Assembly: GCA_035717905.1 (NCBI GenBank)
Contig: DASTID010000192.1
Span: forward strand, 1-39,205
Reading direction: 5' to 3'
DNA length: 39,205 nt
DNA from: Sphingomicrobium sp.
Lineage (GTDB): Bacteria > Pseudomonadota > Alphaproteobacteria > Sphingomonadales > Sphingomonadaceae
How positions within the stretch are numbered: the first letter of the stretch is position 1; each line of letters starts with the position of its first letter. The notes below the pieces were generated by a model that saw only the letters and a list, made by a program, of their open reading frames with translations, was not told the DNA's origin and did not search any database. Made by a program: the position numbers and the translations under genes. Shown here one piece after another: positions 17,436-26,231 of this stretch.

Positions 17436-19774
17436 TTGCGTCCTCCGGCGGATTTGAGCGCCATCAGCAGCCCGGCGCGGTCGTAGCGGTAGATGCTGTC
17501 GTCTTTCTTTCCGGCCGGTTCGGGCTCGCTGCGCAGCCAGATCGTGCGCCGGGCCGATTCCTCTCCGGCCTTGGCGCCCTTCGAGGCGATCAGCAGGTCG
17601 GCCTGGTCCGCCGAATCGTCGGCGACGACGCGATAGCCGGCGGCCTCGATCATCGGCCGCAGCATGTTCTGCATCCACGGATCGTCGTCCGGCAGGCGGC
17701 AGACGAGTGTCTCGCTCTCGCGCGCCGCGGCGCCGACATGGTTGGCGAACAGCCAGTGCGCGTCGATCAGCTCGGCGGGCTCGCCGCCGACCAGCGTCAC
17801 GCCGCTGATCTCGCCTTCGTGCTCGGCGGGGATGATTTCGCCATCGACCTTCGCGAAGTCGATCACTTCCGCGAAAGCATAGGCCAGCTCGTGCGACCCG
17901 TCGTTGAGCCGGAACAGCCGGACCTTGGCGTCGCCGATGTCCTCGGCGCGGGCGCCGGCGAGCGGCAGGATCGCCTCGCCCAGCTGTACCCGCAGCTTGC
18001 CCGCTGCTTCGGCGATCGCGTTCGCCGGGACCTCTTCGATCCGATCGACCACCGCCAGGCGAAGCGCCCGGCGGGCGCCGTCGAGCCCGCGGAACAGCAG
18101 CACCGGCGGCGCGACCGACCCGTGCGCGACCGGCCCCTCGGCAATGCGCGCGGTGCGCTCCTGCGCCTCGAGCCGGACGCCGCCGACCTGGGCGAGGCCC
18201 GCCGCGTCGAACAACAGGATCGGGCTGCCGTCGTCGGCGAGCGTCGTCCCGGCATAAAGGCCGGTGTTCATGACCGCGGGGGCGGCGGGCTTCACCACCA
18301 GCTCCTCATGGTCGTGGATACGATCGACGGCGAGCGCATAGACGTCCCCGCCGGCCGGGCGGAGCACGATCAGGGTGCGGTCCCGCTCGTCGATTTCGCT
18401 GTCGAGGCCGAGAATGTCGGCGAGCGCGACTTCGGGAACGCGGCGGCCGCGGATGGTCGCGATGCCGGCCCCGCCGACATGCTCGAGGGTCACCGATTCG
18501 CCGTTGGCGCGCACGATCTCCTCGATCGCCGAGCGGGGAATCGCGAAATGCTGGCCGGCGACCGACACGGTCAGTGCCGGGATGATGGTCAGAGTCAGCG
18601 GAACACGCAGGGTCATGCGCGTGCCTTCGCCGGGCTTGCTGTCGACCTCGACGATGCCGCCGATCCGCTCGACGTTGGAGCGGACGACGTCCATGCCGAC
18701 CCCGCGGCCGGAGATCGAGGTCACCTGCTTGGCGGTGGACAGGCCCGCCTCGAAGATCAAGGCGAGCTGCTCGCGGGCTGAAAGCTGCGCGGCGCGCGCC
18801 TCGTCGATGGTCCCGGCGGCCATCGCCTTCTCGAGCAGCTTCCTGCCGTCGATGCCGCGGCCGTCGTCCTGGATATCGATCAGGATCTGGTTGCCCGACT
18901 GGCGCGCCGAAACCGCGAGGATGCCGATTTCGCGCTTCCCCGCCTTGAGCCGCTCGGCCGGAAGCTCAATCCCGTGGTCGACCGCGTTCCGGACGATGTG
19001 CGTCAGCGGGTCGCGGATCATCTCGATCATCTCGCGATCGAGCTCGACGTCGCCGCCCTCGATGTCGACCAGTACCTGCTTGCCAAGCTCGGCCGACAGA
19101 TCACGGACCATGCGCGGCAGGGCGACGAACAAATTCTCGATCCGCTGCATGCGGGTGCGGGTGATGGCGTCGCGCATCTCGGCGATGATCGACGACAGGC
19201 GCTCGAACGTGCCGTCGACAGGCACGTCGGTTTCGCTTTCGCGCAGCCGGCGGGCAAGTTCGTTGCGCGCGAGCACCATGTCGGAAACGGTGCTCATCAC
19301 CCGGTCGAGCAGCTCGACGGAGAGGCGGATCGTGCGCTGCGGCGCGGCGGCGGCCTTGCCCTGCCCTTCGCCGGTCATGGCGGCGACGGGCGCCGGCGCA
19401 TTGTCGGCGCCGGGCGCGAGCGCCGCGATCAGCGCGCTGTCGTCGCCGGCGGGCATGTCCTCGCCCGCATCGATCGCGGCGACCATTTCGCCGATGCGGT
19501 CGATCACCGCGAGCACCGCGCTGACCAGCGGGCCGTCGGCGTGACGCCGCCCGGCGCGGACATCGGCGAGCGCGTCCTCGGCGGCGTGGCTCAATGCCTC
19601 GAGCCTCGGGAACTCGAAGAAGCCGCAATTGCCTTTGACGGTGTGGACGAAGCGGAAGATCGAATCGAGGCGGGCGCGATCGTCGGGCTGCGCTTCCCAG
19701 GCGACGACCTCGCCGCCCAAGGCTTCGAGCATCTCGCGGCACTCGGCTACGAAATCGGCGATCAGGTCGTCCAC
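17432..19774 (-). CDS. cheA: Chemotaxis kinase CheA (Hpt, dimerisation, HATPase, two CheW domains, degenerate REC)
   Basis: HTVKG, HIVRNAVDHG, DDGRG, SGRGVGMDVV. Confidence 0.96.
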   Translation of the reverse strand: MDDLIADFVAECREMLEALGGEVVAWEAQPDDRARLDSIFRFVHTVKGNCGFFEFPRLEALSHAAEDALADVRAGRRHADGPLVSAVLAVIDRIGEMVAAIDAGEDMPAGDDSALIAALAPGADNAPAPVAAMTGEGQGKAAAAPQRTIRLSVELLDRVMSTVSDMVLARNELARRLRESETDVPVDGTFERLSSIIAEMRDAITRTRMQRIENLFVALPRMVRDLSAELGKQVLVDIEGGDVELDREMIEMIRDPLTHIVRNAVDHGIELPAERLKAGKREIGILAVSARQSGNQILIDIQDDGRGIDGRKLLEKAMAAGTIDEARAAQLSAREQLALIFEAGLSTAKQVTSISGRGVGMDVVRSNVERIGGIVEVDSKPGEGTRMTLRVPLTLTIIPALTVSVAGQHFAIPRSAIEEIVRANGESVTLEHVGGAGIATIRGRRVPEVALADILGLDSEIDERDRTLIVLRPAGGDVYALAVDRIHDHEELVVKPAAPAVMNTGLYAGTTLADDGSPILLFDAAGLAQVGGVRLEAQERTARIAEGPVAHGSVAPPVLLFRGLDGARRALRLAVVDRIEEVPANAIAEAAGKLRVQLGEAILPLAGARAEDIGDAKVRLFRLNDGSHELAYAFAEVIDFAKVDGEIIPAEHEGEISGVTLVGGEPAELIDAHWLFANHVGAAARESETLVCRLPDDDPWMQNMLRPMIEAAGYRVVADDSADQADLLIASKGAKAGEESARRTIWLRSEPEPAGKKDDSIYRYDRAGLLMALKSAGGRK

Positions 19775-19815
19775 GCGTGTAATCCCCCGCTTTCCGGCCG
19801 TTATGCCGGGCAGGA

Positions 19816-19831
19816 GTTAACGCGCCGTTAT
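19816..19831 (-). promoter_or_regulatory. Putative CtrA box upstream of cheA
   Basis: ATAA-N7-TTAAC on the minus strand versus consensus TTAA-N7-TTAAC. Confidence 0.6.
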
Positions 19832-19832
19832 C

Positions 19833-19885
19833 CCTGTCCTGAGCGAGGTCGAAGGGCCTGTCCTGAGTTCATCGAAGGGCTTGTC
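19833..19885. repeat. Tandem REP-like units CCTGTCCTGAG-N4/5-TCGAAGGG, family D
   Basis: Units at 19833-19856 and 19857-19879, plus a partial third. Confidence 0.8.
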
Positions 19886-20516
19886 GCGGGATCGTCGCGC
19901 CGATCATCAGCACCTCGCTGGCGGGATCGGAGAGCTGGATCGACCCGCCGGCTTCGGCGGCAAGGCTGTGCGCCAGCCACGCGCCCGCCGCGCGCGGCTC
20001 GACCGCGCCGCCGCTGCCGCCGGTGGCGAGCGTTTCGCGCAGCGCGGGGTCGAGCAGGATTCGCGGCCCCTCGCCGCGGATCACCAGCTCCAGCTCGCCG
20101 TCGCGGATTTCGGCACCCACGTCGAGCCGGCCGCCGCGCACCAGCGCGTCGCCGGCGAGCAACGCGAGGTTGAGCAGCAGCTTGGCCGCGCCCTTGGGCA
20201 ATTTGTCCCCGGCAACCATCCAGCCGAGCTCGATCCGGCGCTCGGGCCCGAACACGCCCTCGAGCGCCGCTTCGGCCTCGTGGGCGTCGATCTCCTCGCC
20301 GAACCCGCCGCCCGCACCGAACGCCAGGCGGAAGAATTTGAGCTTGTTGGCCGAGGCGCGCGCGCTGTCCGCGAGCAGGTCGAGGCACTTCTCGCGCATT
20401 TCGGGGTCGGTCTCGTCGGCGAGCAGCTCGATCCCGTTGTTGAGGGCGCCAACCGGGCTCATCAAATCGTGGCACAGGCGCGAGCACAGCAGGCTGGCGA
20501 GATCGACGGCGTTCAT
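19869..20516 (-). CDS. chpT: Histidine phosphotransferase ChpT
   Basis: LASLLCSRLCHDLMSPVGALNNGIELL, KLKFFRLAFG. Confidence 0.93.
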   Translation of the reverse strand: MNAVDLASLLCSRLCHDLMSPVGALNNGIELLADETDPEMREKCLDLLADSARASANKLKFFRLAFGAGGGFGEEIDAHEAEAALEGVFGPERRIELGWMVAGDKLPKGAAKLLLNLALLAGDALVRGGRLDVGAEIRDGELELVIRGEGPRILLDPALRETLATGGSGGAVEPRAAGAWLAHSLAAEAGGSIQLSDPASEVLMIGATIPRQALR

Positions 20517-20555
20517 AAGCGGCTGAATGGGCCAGAGTTTAACCTGAAGCAAGGA

Positions 20556-20582
20556 TTGAACCGCCGCCGTTTCGACCCATAT
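20556..20582 (+). promoter_or_regulatory. Putative sigma32 promoter of rluD-rpoH
   Basis: TTGAAC-N14-CCCATAT ending 9 nt before the rluD ATG. Confidence 0.6.
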
Positions 20583-20591
20583 CGCGCGTGA

Positions 20592-21542
20592 ATGGGGGGC
20601 TCTCGGACGATCGACGTGCGGCTGCAGCCCGCTCATGCCGGCTGGCGGCTCGACCGCGCGCTCGCGGCCGCCGTGCCGACGCTCTCGCGCGAGCGGTTGA
20701 AGACGCTGATCCGCGGCGGCGGCGTCGAGGCCGCGGGCAAGCCGTTCCGCGACCCCGCGCAGAAGGTTCGCGGCGACGAGCTGTTCCTGCTCGCCGTCCC
20801 CGAGCCGGAGCCGGCGCACAACAAGCCCCAGGACATTCCGCTGCGCGTCATTTTCGAGGACGAGCATTTGCTGGTGGTCGACAAGCCCGCCGGGCTGGTC
20901 GTCCACCCCGCCGCCGGCAATCGCGACGGCACGCTCGTCAACGCCTTGCTGCATCATTGCGGCGGCTCGCTGTCGGGCATCGGCGGAGTCGCCAGGCCCG
21001 GGATCGTCCACCGCATCGACAAGGACACTTCGGGGCTGCTGGTCGTCGCCAAGACCGACGTCGCCCACGAAGGCCTGGCAAAACAATTCGCGGCGCATTC
21101 GATCGATCGGCGCTATCTTGCGATCGTCGCCGGCGTGCCCAAGGTCAGCGAAGGAAAAATCGACGCGCCGCTCGCGCGCTCGGCCGCCAACCGCAAGAAG
21201 ATCGCGATCGTGCGCGAAGGGCGCGGCAAGCGCGCGATCACGCACTGGCGGCGTCTCCAGGTGCTCGAGGACGCCGCGTTGGTCGAGTGCCGGCTCGAGA
21301 CCGGCCGCACGCACCAGGTGCGCGTGCACATGGCGTCGCTCGGCCATCCGCTGCTCGGCGATCCGGTTTACGGCCGCTCCGGCAAGCCGCACGGCAAGCT
21401 TTTGAACCAGCTTGGTTTCAATCGCCAGGCGCTGCATGCCGCCGAGCTCGGCTTTACCCATCCCGTAACGAAGCACCGGCTGTCGTTCTCGAGTGGCATG
21501 CCGCCCGACATGCAGGAACTGTTCAACGCGCTTGGTGTATAG
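20592..21542 (+). CDS. rluD: 23S rRNA pseudouridine synthase (RluD-like, S4 + RluA domain)
   Basis: RLDRAL, DKPAGLVVHP, PGIVHRIDKDTSG, TGRTHQVRVH. Confidence 0.92.
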   Translation: MGGSRTIDVRLQPAHAGWRLDRALAAAVPTLSRERLKTLIRGGGVEAAGKPFRDPAQKVRGDELFLLAVPEPEPAHNKPQDIPLRVIFEDEHLLVVDKPAGLVVHPAAGNRDGTLVNALLHHCGGSLSGIGGVARPGIVHRIDKDTSGLLVVAKTDVAHEGLAKQFAAHSIDRRYLAIVAGVPKVSEGKIDAPLARSAANRKKIAIVREGRGKRAITHWRRLQVLEDAALVECRLETGRTHQVRVHMASLGHPLLGDPVYGRSGKPHGKLLNQLGFNRQALHAAELGFTHPVTKHRLSFSSGMPPDMQELFNALGV

Positions 21543-21600
21543 GATTTAACGGGCTAGTCCGCTCGGGCGAAGCGGCCCAAAGGGAGAAAGACGACTTAAA

Positions 21601-22509
21601 ATGGCTACGAAAAAAGGGATCGTCTCGCTCCCCTCGTCCGGTGGGGAGGCCGGACTCAACCGCTATCTCGCGGAGATCAAGAAGTTCCCGATCCTCAGCC
21701 CCGAGGAAGAATATATGCTCGCCAAGCGCTGGCGCGAGCATGGCGACACCGATGCGGCGGCGAAGCTGGTCAATTCGCACCTTCGCCTCGTCGCCAAGAT
21801 CGCCATGGGCTATCGCGGCTACGGCCTCCCGGTCAGCGAGCTGATCAGCGAAGGCAATATCGGGCTGATGCAGGGCGTGAAGAAGTTCGAGCCCGACCGC
21901 GGCTTCCGCCTCGCCACCTACGCGATGTGGTGGATCAGGGCGTCGATCCAGGAATTCATCCTGCGCAGCTGGAGCCTTGTGAAGATGGGCACCACGGCGG
22001 CCCAGAAGAAATTGTTCTTCAACCTGAGGCGGATGAAGAACCAGATCGACGCCTTCGAGGAAGGCGATTTGAAGCCGCAGGACGTGACCAAGATCGCGAC
22101 CGACCTCGGGGTCACCGAGGAAGAAGTAGTGTCGATGAACCGTCGCATGGCGATGGGCGGCGACACCAGCCTCAACGTCACGCTCAAGGGCGACGAAGGC
22201 GGCGAGAGCCAATGGCAGGATTTCCTGGTCGACAGCGGCCCCTTGCAGGACGAGCTTATCGCCGAGGATGAGGAGACCCAGGTGCGTCACGACTTGCTCG
22301 TGACCGCGCTCGAATCGCTGAATGACCGCGAGAAGCACATCCTGACGGAGCGGCGCCTGTCGGACGAGCCCAAAACGCTCGAGGAGCTGAGCCAGGTCTA
22401 TGGCGTCAGCCGCGAGCGCATCCGCCAGATCGAAGTCCGCGCGTTCGAGAAGCTCCAGGCCGCGCTGCTGCGCCTCGCCGGCGAGCGAAGGCTGCTTCCG
22501 GCGGCCTAG
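21601..22509 (+). CDS. rpoH: Heat-shock sigma factor RpoH
   Basis: RpoH box QKKLFFNLR; region 2 RLATYAMWWIRA; region 4 VSRERIRQIE. Confidence 0.97.
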   Translation: MATKKGIVSLPSSGGEAGLNRYLAEIKKFPILSPEEEYMLAKRWREHGDTDAAAKLVNSHLRLVAKIAMGYRGYGLPVSELISEGNIGLMQGVKKFEPDRGFRLATYAMWWIRASIQEFILRSWSLVKMGTTAAQKKLFFNLRRMKNQIDAFEEGDLKPQDVTKIATDLGVTEEEVVSMNRRMAMGGDTSLNVTLKGDEGGESQWQDFLVDSGPLQDELIAEDEETQVRHDLLVTALESLNDREKHILTERRLSDEPKTLEELSQVYGVSRERIRQIEVRAFEKLQAALLRLAGERRLLPAA

Positions 22510-22659
22510 CCCATCCGTTGGGCGGACCGTTCCGCCTGCGCGACAAACCCCCCTTGCCTTCCGCCGCAAACAGGCGGACGGTGGAGGTTTCCGCATCGGC
22601 GCCCGAGCGCCACGAATGTGCGACTCGCGCGCCGCAAAGGCACGAAGGGAGAGTCGCAC

Positions 22660-24696
22660 ATGGTCGACAATAGGGCCGGAGAATCCAAAGGCACCCGAGT
22701 GATCGCGCTGGTGGGACCCGCCGGCGCGGGAAAGACCAGCCTTGCCGAAGCGATGCTGTTCGCAGCCGGAACCACCGACCGCCTGGGGTCGACGGCCAAC
22801 GGCTCCAGCATCGGCGATTCGAGCCCGGAAAGCCGCCAGCGCGGCGGCTCGACCGAGCTCAACCTCTATCATTTCGACTATCTCGGCGACCAGTTCGCGA
22901 TCCTCGATTGCCCCGGCTCGATCGGCTTTGCCGCCGATGGCGCGCGGGCGCTGGCGATCGCCGACGCGGCGATCGTCGTGGTCGATCCCGATCCCGCGCG
23001 CGCGCCGCTGGCCGCGCCGGCGCTGCGCGCGCTCGACGAGCTCGGCATCCCGCACCTGATTTTCGCCAACCGCATCGACCAGGCCCACGGCCGCGTCCGC
23101 GACCTTCTCTCCGCGCTCCAGCCGATGAGCGTATCGCCGCTGATCGCCCGCCAGGTGCCGATCTGGGACGGCGAGAAGGTCAGCGGGTTCGTCGACCTCG
23201 CGCTCGAGCGGGCGTTCAAATACCGGCCTGGCCAGCGATCCGAGCGGATCGAGATCCCGCCCGAGCTCCAGGACCGCGAGATCGAGGCGCGGACGCACAT
23301 GCTCGAGCAGCTCGCCGACCATGACGACGAGCTCCTCGAACAGCTGCTGATGGACGAAAGCCCGACCCCCGAGAAGGTGTTTCAGGATCTCGCCCGCGAG
23401 ACCGGCGAAAGCCTAGGCGTGTCGGTGCTGTTCGGCTCGGCGATCAGCTCGTGGGGCGTGCGCCGGCTGCTCAAGGCGCTGCGCCACGAAGTGCCCGGGC
23501 CGAAGGCCGCCGCCGACCGGCTGTCGGTGACCGACCCGGCGATGTACATATTCAAGGTTCTGCACGGCTCGATCGGCCGTCTCGCGCTCGCCCGCGCGCT
23601 CGGCGGCACCATCGCCGAGGGCTCCGACCTGAAGGCGGCCGACGGCGAGCATGCGCGCGTCGGATCCTTGTTCAAGGTCCAGGGCGAGAAGACCCAGAAA
23701 GTCGGCGAGGCGCGCGCCGGCGACGTAGTCGCGGTCGCCAAGGTCGATGCGGTCGCGGCCGGCCAATGGCTCGGCTCGGCCAAGCTGCCGCCGCCGGTCG
23801 AGATCGATTTCCCGGCGCGCAATTGCGCGTTCGCCATCGAGCCCGCCGACCGCAAGGACGACGTCAAGCTGTCGGGCGCGCTCCACCGGCTCGGCGAGGA
23901 AGATTCGGCGCTGGTCATCGAGCATGACGATGCGAACCACGAGATGCGCCTGCGCGGAGTCAACGACGAGCATCTCAACACCGTGCTGGCGCGCCTCAAG
24001 CGCCGCTACGGCGTCGAGGTGAAGAGTCACCCGCCGGCGGTCGGCTATCGCGAATCGATCCGCAAGCCGGTGACGCAAAAGGGCCGCCACAAGAAGCAGT
24101 CGGGCGGCCACGGCCAGTTCGGCGACGTGATTATCGAGGTGAAGCCGCTCCCACGCGGCGCCGGCTTCCTGTTCGAGGAGAAGATTCACGGCGGCTCGGT
24201 GCCCAAGCAGTGGATCCCGGCCGTCGAGGAAGGCGTGCGCGAGGCGATGGACAAGGGCCCGCTCGGCTTCCACGTCGTCGACTGCGCCGTCACCCTGATC
24301 GACGGCAGCTATCACAGTGTCGACAGCTCAGAGCTCGCGTTCCGGCTCGCCGGTCGGATCGCGATGCATGAGGCGCTGACCAATGCGCAGCCGCATTTGC
24401 TCGAGCCGATGCACAAGCTTACCGTGGTCTGCCCGTCGAGCGCGACCAGCCGGATCACCTCGGCGGTCGCCGGGCGGCGCGGGCAGATGCTCGGCATGGC
24501 CCCGCGTGACGGCTGGACCGGCTGGGACCGCATCGACGCATTGCTCCCCGAGGCCGAGCTCGCGGGGCTGGAAGCCGAGCTTCGCGCGCAAAGTCAGGGC
24601 CTCGCCACCTACGAAGCCGAGTTCGACCATCTCGCCGAGCTCAACGGCCCGCTCGCCGACAAGGTGATCCAGCAGCGGGTGCCCGAGCCGGCCTAA
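22660..24696 (+). CDS. Elongation factor G paralogue (EF-G2-like)
   Basis: EF-G domain order, with KKQSGGHGQFG and SYHSVDSSE; divergent G motifs; not in a str operon. Confidence 0.9.
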   Translation: MVDNRAGESKGTRVIALVGPAGAGKTSLAEAMLFAAGTTDRLGSTANGSSIGDSSPESRQRGGSTELNLYHFDYLGDQFAILDCPGSIGFAADGARALAIADAAIVVVDPDPARAPLAAPALRALDELGIPHLIFANRIDQAHGRVRDLLSALQPMSVSPLIARQVPIWDGEKVSGFVDLALERAFKYRPGQRSERIEIPPELQDREIEARTHMLEQLADHDDELLEQLLMDESPTPEKVFQDLARETGESLGVSVLFGSAISSWGVRRLLKALRHEVPGPKAAADRLSVTDPAMYIFKVLHGSIGRLALARALGGTIAEGSDLKAADGEHARVGSLFKVQGEKTQKVGEARAGDVVAVAKVDAVAAGQWLGSAKLPPPVEIDFPARNCAFAIEPADRKDDVKLSGALHRLGEEDSALVIEHDDANHEMRLRGVNDEHLNTVLARLKRRYGVEVKSHPPAVGYRESIRKPVTQKGRHKKQSGGHGQFGDVIIEVKPLPRGAGFLFEEKIHGGSVPKQWIPAVEEGVREAMDKGPLGFHVVDCAVTLIDGSYHSVDSSELAFRLAGRIAMHEALTNAQPHLLEPMHKLTVVCPSSATSRITSAVAGRRGQMLGMAPRDGWTGWDRIDALLPEAELAGLEAELRAQSQGLATYEAEFDHLAELNGPLADKVIQQRVPEPA

Positions 24697-24698
24697 TA

Positions 24699-24826
24699 TC
24701 ATCCTCCCCGGCGTTTGCCGGGGAGGGGAACCGCCCAAGGCGGTGGTGGGGTCTTCTTCCGCTTCGAAAGACCCCTCCGTCGCGCCTTCGGCGCGCCACC
24801 TCCCCTCGAAATCGAGGGGAGGATGA
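24699..24826. repeat. REP-like palindromic element, family E copy 1
   Basis: 11-bp inverted ends TCATCCTCCCC / GGGGAGGATGA and four internal hairpins; inverted homologue at 35652-35761. Confidence 0.85.
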
Positions 24827-24869
24827 ATAGACGCGACACTCGGCGCTCGATTCCCTACACCCGGCCCCC

Positions 24870-26231
24870 ATGAAGCACTGGTTGAAGGACCAGCATTTCC
24901 GCTCGCTGCTCAAGAACAGCGGCTACCTGACCGCGTCGAAAATCGTGTCGGCGATCGCCGGCATCGCCACCCTCGCGATGACCGGCCGAAGCCAGGGCGT
25001 GATGCTGTTCGGCACGCTGGTGCTGATCACCAGCTACGCCAAGGCGGTCAGCGGGCTCAGCAAGTTCGAATCCTGGCAGCTGATCGTCCGCTTCGGCGGC
25101 CAGGCGCTAAGCGAAGGACGGCCGGAGGAGTTCAAGGCTTCGACCGGCTTCGCCTTCATGCTCGACGTGGTCAGCGGCACCGGGGGGATGATCGTCGCCA
25201 TCGCCCTGCTCCCGCTGATCGGCGGCTGGTTCGGGATCGGGCGCGACATGCTGTGGCTGGCGATGCTTTACTGCACGTTGCTGCCAACGATGAGCGCGGC
25301 GACGCCGACCGGCGTGCTGCGCTCGCTCGACCGGTTCGACCTGATCAGCTGGCAGGGCACGATCACGCCGATCACGCGGATGCTGATGGTCTCGGCCGCG
25401 TTCGCGATGGACGCGCCGTTCCCGGTCTATGTCGCGATCTGGTACCTCTCCGACCTCATCGGCGACGTCTTCTTTTGGTTCGCCGCCTGGCGCGAGCTGC
25501 GGCGCCGCGGCCTGCTCCCGGGCATTCGCCCGACGCTTCGCCCGGCGAACCTGCCCGGGGCGTGGCGCTTCGCGATCCACGTCAACCTGACCGCGAGCAT
25601 CCTCGCCGCCTGGGGGCCGGTCGCGCGGCTGATCGTCGGCGGGTTGCTCGGGCCGGTGGGTGCGGCGCTGTTCCGGGTCGGGTCGAGCCTCGCCGACAGC
25701 GCCCAGCGCCCGGCCGACCAGCTCGCCAAGGCTTTCTATCCCGAGCTGATGCGCATGGACGTCCGCTCGAAGCGGCCGTGGAAGTTCATGCTGCGCAGCT
25801 CGGCATTCGCCGGCGGCGTCGCGCTGATCGCGATCCTCATCCTGCTGTTCGGCGGCCAGTCGCTGGTCCAGCTGCTGTTCGGCAAGGAATTCCTCGGCGC
25901 CTATCCGGTGCTGATGGTGCTGCTGCTGGTGCCGCTGATGGGCATTTTCAGCTTCCCGCTGGCGCCGATGCTCTATGCGCTCGACCGCCCCGACGCGCCC
26001 CTCAAGGCGCGGCTGATCGGCACGATGACCTATTTCGTGATCGTCGCGCCGGCCTGCTGGCGGTTCGGCGTGATCGGCGCGGCAATCGCCTTCGTGCTCG
26101 GCTATGCCGCGACGCTCGCCGCGCTCGGCACCCAGCTGTGGGCCGAATATCGCCGGGTGCGCCGCCCGGCCCGTGGCTCGCCCCCGGCGGAGCCGGCAAC
26201 GCTCGAAGCGACCGCCCCGCCGCTGGACTGA
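24870..26231 (+). CDS. Polysaccharide/glycolipid flippase (Wzx/MOP family)
   Basis: About 12 TM segments; LLKNSGYL N-terminus, AFYPEL, FGVIGAAIA. Confidence 0.8.
   Translation: MKHWLKDQHFRSLLKNSGYLTASKIVSAIAGIATLAMTGRSQGVMLFGTLVLITSYAKAVSGLSKFESWQLIVRFGGQALSEGRPEEFKASTGFAFMLDVVSGTGGMIVAIALLPLIGGWFGIGRDMLWLAMLYCTLLPTMSAATPTGVLRSLDRFDLISWQGTITPITRMLMVSAAFAMDAPFPVYVAIWYLSDLIGDVFFWFAAWRELRRRGLLPGIRPTLRPANLPGAWRFAIHVNLTASILAAWGPVARLIVGGLLGPVGAALFRVGSSLADSAQRPADQLAKAFYPELMRMDVRSKRPWKFMLRSSAFAGGVALIAILILLFGGQSLVQLLFGKEFLGAYPVLMVLLLVPLMGIFSFPLAPMLYALDRPDAPLKARLIGTMTYFVIVAPACWRFGVIGAAIAFVLGYAATLAALGTQLWAEYRRVRRPARGSPPAEPATLEATAPPLD

Noticed and set aside
19833-19885. Possible mini-CRISPR
   Set aside because: Units are directly adjacent with no spacers, and there are no cas genes
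19869-21476. 535-aa ChpT, and similarly extended amidase (to 15071), SufE (from 10724), HAD (to 30500) and PLD (to 28606)
   Set aside because: The extensions overlap neighbouring genes; family homology starts at the internal start codons used
22560-22645. GCAAA motifs suggesting a c-di-GMP-I riboswitch
   Set aside because: No GNRA tetraloop / receptor architecture; kept only as an unclassified leader
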